A DNA stretch of 64,000 nt, from contig OY986946.1 of the NCBI GenBank assembly GCA_963920595.1, forward strand, positions 8,370,001-8,434,000, given 5' to 3'. The first letter of the stretch is position 1. Every line of letters begins with the position of its first letter. This stretch comes from Eimeria praecox (lineage: Eukaryota). Below the pieces are notes generated by a model. The model saw only the letters and a list, made by a program, of their open reading frames with translations. It was not told the origin of the DNA and ran no database searches. Positions 57,954-64,000 of this stretch are shown here, one piece after another. The position numbers were made by a program, and so were the translations under genes.

Positions 57954-58731
57954 GGGCGTTGTAGGCTTCTGCGGTTGTTTATAAGAAGAATTAATGTAAG
58001 TTGATTTTATATTATTTCTTGTTTGTGTTTATAAACAAAATAAAAATATAAGAAGAAGGAGAGGAAGATCGTTAAACCCCCTGTCCTACTCCCGAGCGGA
58101 TATATTAGGGTTTAGGGTTTGGGGTTTAGGGTTTGGGGTTTAGGGTTTATACGTATAGAGAGGCAGTTTGTTTATGTTTTAATTTGTCTCTCTCTTCTTC
58201 ATCTACTTGTCTTTATCATGTCTGCTCTATTCTCTATCCTCTGTCTCTAACTACACATAGAAGAAGATATATATATATATATATATATACTTATATATAA
58301 TATATATATTATTATTATATATAATATATATACATAATATATATATCTTTGCTCTAAACCCTAAACCCTAAACCCTAAACCCTCAACCGTTAACCCCCTG
58401 AGTTTCTTCCGTCCCCTCCAACCGACTCTATAACTGTAAACCCTAAACCCTACCTACTCTTCTTTGTCGTCAACCCTAAACCCTACTTCTCCTCATAAAC
58501 CCTAAACCCTAGTCCCTATAGTAAACCCTAAACCATCATGGTTTTCGTAAACCCTAAACCCTAAACCCTAAACCCTAAACCCTCGTGGGGGATCTGATAT
58601 CCCCCCTTTGCCGCCGTCCCCTAGCCACAACAAAAGCGGCATTGCTGCAGCATCTACTGCTGCTGCAGCTACTGCTGCTGCTACTGCTGCTGCTGCTGCT
58701 GCAGCTACTACTGCTGCAGCAGTAGCTGCAG

Positions 58732-58762
<31 letters not shown>

Positions 58763-58871
58763 AGTGGTTATACATGTCTATACACCGCAGGGGGAGGGGA
58801 GAAGCAGCCTCTCTACTGCATGTATGTATGTTATATTTGTGCTGCTGCGGCACAAGCAGCAGCAACACAAG

Positions 58872-58902
<31 letters not shown>

Positions 58903-58931
58903 ACCAGCAGCAGCAGCAGCAGCAGGTTTCT

Positions 58932-59093
58932 TCATCTCTTCGATAATTCTGCCTCGAAAGGCATCATAGAACGATACGGTGCAGCAGCATTAGCAGCAGC
59001 AACAGAAGGAGGAGGAGCAGGAAGACCGAGAGGTAGAGCAACAGGAGGAAGCCCTGGGAGGGGAGCTGCCATATAGCCTTCAGGTACAGCAGC

Positions 59094-59136
<43 letters not shown>

Positions 59137-61539
59137 TCATCCTGTTGTGTCTTTCGTTTTGGTCTCGCCCATGCTACTCGCATCGAAACACCATTAATAA
59201 TTAATCTTCCTGCTAGCTGTTTCATTGCTGCTGCTGCTGCTGCTCTGTCAGCAAAGCATACAAAAGCCATTCTCTTGAGTGGTTGTATTCTAATAGCTAG
59301 TATCTCACCAAAGCCATATAATTTTTCGGACAAGTCTGTCTCTCTAATATCTTCAGTTAAATTAGATATAAATAATGTTGTTATACTCTCATCTGTCTCT
59401 CCACTTTCTTTCGTTCCTTCCTCTTCTCTTGTATTCGCTATACGTAATATCTTTAATGCAACAGGATCGTCTTGTCCTATATATCTAAAAATATAAATAA
59501 ACATTATATAATTATTATTATTATTATTGATTATTATTAATTATCTTATTGTATAAATAAACATAGGATTATTAGCATTATTATTAATTATTTCATTGTG
59601 TAAATAAACATAGTATTATTATTATTAGTATTTAATTATTTTATTATATAAATAAACATAGTATAATAATTATTATTATTTTATTATATAAATAAACATA
59701 TTATTACTTATTTTATTATATAAATATATTATTATTATTGGTAGTATTTAATTATTTTATTTATTAATTTAATATTTATATTATTTTGATGGCAAATGAA
59801 AGACAAACAAAGACAAATACAAACAAAGATAAACAAAAATAAACAAATATAAACAAAGATAAACAAAGATAAACAAATATAAACAAATAAAAACAAATAT
59901 AAACAAATATAAACAAATACAAACAAATATAAACAGATATAAACAAATATAAACAAAGACAAACAAAGATAAACAAAGACAAACAAATATAAACAACCAA
60001 ACAAAGATAAACAAAGACAAACAAAACAAATATAAACAAATATAAACAAATACAAACAAAGATAAACAAAGACAAACACAGATAAACAAAGACAAACAAA
60101 GACAAATATAAACAAATAAAAACAAATATAAACAAATATAAACAAACAAAAACAAATATAAACAAATAAAAACAAATAAAAACAAATAAAAACAAACAAG
60201 AACAAATATAAACAAATATAAACAAAGCCAACCAAATACAAATATAAACAAATAAAAACAAATATAAACAACTACAAACACCTCCATACACCTGTAGCAC
60301 CAGAATAAGGAGGGCTATCTCACCTATCTTTAATATTTTGCGAAGCAAGAGAAGCATCAGTATATAACTCTTGATGAAGGTAGGGGCATTCGTCTCCCCG
60401 TGTACATTCTCCTTTTCTCCAGAAGGAACAAACCCTAGGAAGATTTCTTTTATAGTATGGTGTTGTTCTTGCAATTCTTCTTAATTGTATATCTGCTGCT
60501 TCATTCTTACCGTAAGGTAAATCTTCTTCTTTATTATTTAAACGTATATTCATATATTCACGATTTACTGGATGCTCAGGAAGAGACACACGACTCTCCC
60601 CCATTATCTTATCACGCACCTAAAAAATAGTAAATATATACATATTATAAACAATACATTGATATAAACCATACACCCTAGATAGATATATACCATACAC
60701 CCTAGATAGATATATACCATAAACCCTAGATAAACCATAAACCCTAGATAAACCATAAACCCTAGATAAACCATAAACCCTAGATATCATAAACCCTAGA
60801 AACCATAAACCCTAGATAAACCATAAACCCTAGAAACCATAAACCCTACGAGTTATAGATGAAATACAACTCATGAATACTCTGAAGATTAAAACAGAGA
60901 AATATTCGATACAAGTAAAACTCAGATACACAATAAACATACAAACCCTAAACCCTAAACCCTAAACCCTAGGGGTACCTGTACGGGCAAGCCATATTCT
61001 AAATCGAATAGACAAGTTTGGCAGACGTTCTTCAACCTCGCACACTGTTGACAAACAACAGTACATTTATATCTAGCTTTAGGGCCTGGCTTCCACCTGT
61101 AAATAACAAAGAAAGATGATGAAGCTACACTTCAGGTGTACGTACACCTTAAACGATGTAGGGAGGTAATCTTATGAATCTATCAACAACAGATAGAAGA
61201 AATTCTAACAGCCACACGCATACACCTTCATCGTTCTCTCCTCGTTTACAATGCATTCAAGATCTGATAGAAGAGAGGCTCTAGTTTGTTTATTTATTAA
61301 TTTATTGAAGCTGAAAAGCCTCATATTCATATTCTAATAACTCTAAATCATACATACCTGAAGCCGGTGTATGCACGAGTACAAATATGACACTCTTTGC
61401 CATTTCTATCCCTTTGCATGCGTACATAAGGATTCTCTCCTAAACAAGTCTCACAGAGGATAGGAAAGTCTGATTCTTCCTTCAAAGACCCCCTGAAATC
61501 ATGGGCAACCCCGAATCCGCTCTTTTCTTGTGAAAACAT
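58932..61539 (-). CDS. RBM22: Pre-mRNA splicing factor RBM22 / Slt11 (Ecm2): N-terminal Cys-rich zinc module, CCCH zinc finger, RRM; 4 exons
   Basis: Exons (minus): 61539-61358, 61096-60979, 60619-60324, 59484-58932. Motifs: [112 protein letters not shown], then an RRM. Confidence 0.95.
60665..60850. repeat. Telomere-derived minisatellite (AAACCATAAACCCTAGAT)n in RBM22 intron 2
   Basis: About 10 imperfect units read directly. Confidence 0.85.
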
Positions 61540-62409
61540 CTTCAACTTTGTGGCATACCACCAGCAGAATGATGCATGCAAAAAGAGGAAAGTCAGGCCT
61601 TTTGAACCCCTAAAAGGGTCAATATAGACAAAATATAAACCTCTATGATATGTTACTCCATTAAAAACAGCAAAAAGCTGAAAGAAATCACATGCAAAAC
61701 ACCAGCGGCGTGCGGCCACGATCAGAAACGCCGCCAAGAAGATAAAGAGGAAGGAGAGGGAATATCGAACCTGCCAAAGTAAAAAAGAATTCTAAATTTC
61801 ATAATAATCACCTAAAACAAGAACAATATCTCCTTTTAACAAGCCCGCTTTCTGTATTTTTCAGAAAAACTCTAGCGGGGCTCCGGTGTACGCGCAGTGC
61901 ATGTGCAGAAAGCCCGAAGTAGAGAGAAGGAAACCAGGTAAAGGAAGAAGATAAATTTAAATGTTTGATCATTAAAAGTGTTGAAATATATTTTTGAGTT
62001 CATAATACCGGGTAGAAGGAGCAAAAACTCCGCCGAAGTCGCCGTGTTTGTGGCGTATTTCGACATACCTGTTATTTCGTTTTCATCTCACTGTTTGCTG
62101 GTTGTTCTTTGTCATTTTCCATTCATTTCTGCTGATCTTGATATTTATCTGAAGCAAATTAAGATATTTTCATCTTTGAATCTACTTGTTGCTGGGGGAG
62201 TTCGGCTTCTACACTTCATGTACATCAAAACTGCAGCGCAGCATCATCTTCGCCTATTCTACAAGTTGTATTTTTCTTAGTTTTGTTTCTTCTGTTTGAT
62301 TGATTTCAAGGACAGATGCGGCTTCATGGTGGACAGAGTGTAAGTATATTTCTTTATATTTCAACATTCTTTCCACTGTTTGCGGAAGAAGAGTAGGAGT
62401 TAACTGAAG

Positions 62410-62941
62410 ATGACGAACAAGAATTCTACTGTATCAGAAGATGATGATGTTATCGAAATCCCCCATACTTATCATGAAGTACGTACACCAAGAGCTCGAC
62501 CTCGTAGTCCCTCAGAGCCTCGTACCCCTTCGAAAGACCCTACTACAAAACCATTTGCTTTAGATTCTCCCCTAATAACACCTAAGCTCGATAGGAGAAA
62601 GACTAGACACAGGGCAGCACTGCCTGTTGCAGCAGCTGGTCTTACAGCTGCTACAGCAACTGTAGCAGCACCAAGAGCAGCAAGAGCAGCAACAGCAGCA
62701 GCAGCAGCAGCAAGAGCAGCAGCAATAGAGGAGCCGAAGGCAACACCACTAATCAACAATTCTAGAAAATATCGTCTCTATGAGAAATCTACCTCGCCAG
62801 GTTTTACAGAAGAAGAACTTAGAAATATTGCTGAAACAGTCATTAAAGGAGATAGTCGTTTTAATTGGTGTAGGGCAGAAGCTGATGAAACAGAACAACT
62901 TCTTCGGCGCTTTGATATGGAGACGCTGGTGAGTATATATA

Positions 62942-62988
<47 letters not shown>

Positions 62989-63062
62989 CTTGTATTTACT
63001 TTTATTCTTTCTTTCTGTTGTTTTAGTTTATATTTAACTTAGCTTTTAAAGAATCAGCTTCA

Positions 63063-63151
<89 letters not shown>

Positions 63152-63364
63152 ATGTTGTGTTAATGTGTGTGCGCTTTTGTATGTATACTACAGTACGGAC
63201 CTTGCGTCGGTATAACCAGAGAAGAAAGATGGAAGAGAGCAGAAGAAATGGGGTTGAGGCCTCCTGTTGAAGTGTTGCATGCGCTGCAGAGACACCCGAA
63301 GAAGATGTTAAGTGTACTTGATCAGAGGATGAGTCCTGGTCATACTACCTCGCTAGGATCTTGA
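62410..63364 (+). CDS. POLD4: DNA polymerase delta subunit 4 (p12)-like protein; 2 exons
   Basis: Exons 62410-62928 and 63194-63364 (GTGAG...TACAG, phase 0). The joined C-terminus LLRRFDMETLYGPCVGITREERWKRAEEMGLRPPVEV matches the POLD4 signature LR.FD....YGPC.GITR..RW.RA...GL.PP. Confidence 0.88.
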
Positions 63365-64000
63365 ATTTGCTGCTGATATTGAATTTGGCTGCTGCTGCAA
63401 GGAGAGGCTAGCGACTAGTATTGTAGTCTTCCCTATAGATAACAGAGCAGTTAAACTTAGCGGCAATAATGTAGTGGAGAGCTTCGCACGAGGGATATGA
63501 AACAGTTCATTGTATGTGCTGTTTCTCTTATTTGTATATATAAATATATCATCGCCTGCGAAGGCTGAGCCGGGGTAGCGCCGATGCAGCTACCAAAGTT
63601 TGTTTTTGTCACGATAAATTCGTCTTAAAAACAAAACAAAAAAATAATTTTCTAATCTGCAAGAAGAATAATCTTGCAAACTGCTGAGTGAGGCTATATA
63701 GCCCTCAGATCCCGACCTCTTTCCGATCTCATCGTTTCAGAAGTTGAACTGCTGACGATGTCGGAAGAGTGCTTTTTTGTCAGATTTTTGTTATTTGTTT
63801 CTTTTGGCTGAACGAAAAAACAAAACGTTTTAGCTTTCTTATCATTTTCAAACAAAAACACAAACAAAATACATCGAATTTAACTCTCAAATCCCTGCTT
63901 TCCAGTCAGCAACCGGCATAGTGTTGAGTTGATGAAGCTGTCGATACACCTGAGAAATGACAACTTGAATTTCCTGCACAGAGGCAGTGATGCAGCTCTT

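Noticed and set aside
60282..60323. Possible 32-nt mini-intron in RBM22 (GTGAG...CTACAG)
   Set aside because: The downstream sequence is low-complexity. The acceptor at 59485 gives the conserved DRY.G..DPVA.

Overview
Eukaryotic, intron-rich DNA with the signature of a repeat-rich segment of a coccidian (Eimeria-type) genome: CAG/CTG runs in coding exons, interstitial AAACCCT repeats in introns and intergenic DNA, and TGCATGCA octamers. I assembled eight protein-coding genes by hand from GT-AG junctions. They are a SET8/PR-Set7-like H4K20 methyltransferase (+), an intronless RGP1-like protein (+), a TruA/PUS1 pseudouridine synthase (-), a signal-peptide PP2C phosphatase (-), a small Cys-containing protein (+), a hypothetical membrane protein (-), RBM22/Slt11 (-) and a POLD4-like protein (+). 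One PP2C intron is about 13.7 kb and holds about 81 apparently identical copies of a T-free 144-bp satellite. The most unusual signal is a set of non-coding 'shadow' copies of exon segments just downstream of their exons, at five sites in three genes. The diverged copies differ from the exon mostly by synonymous or conservative changes, which is not what neutral intronic decay predicts. Most ORFs in the supplied track are repeat artefacts. Gene identities rest on motif recognition, not database searches.
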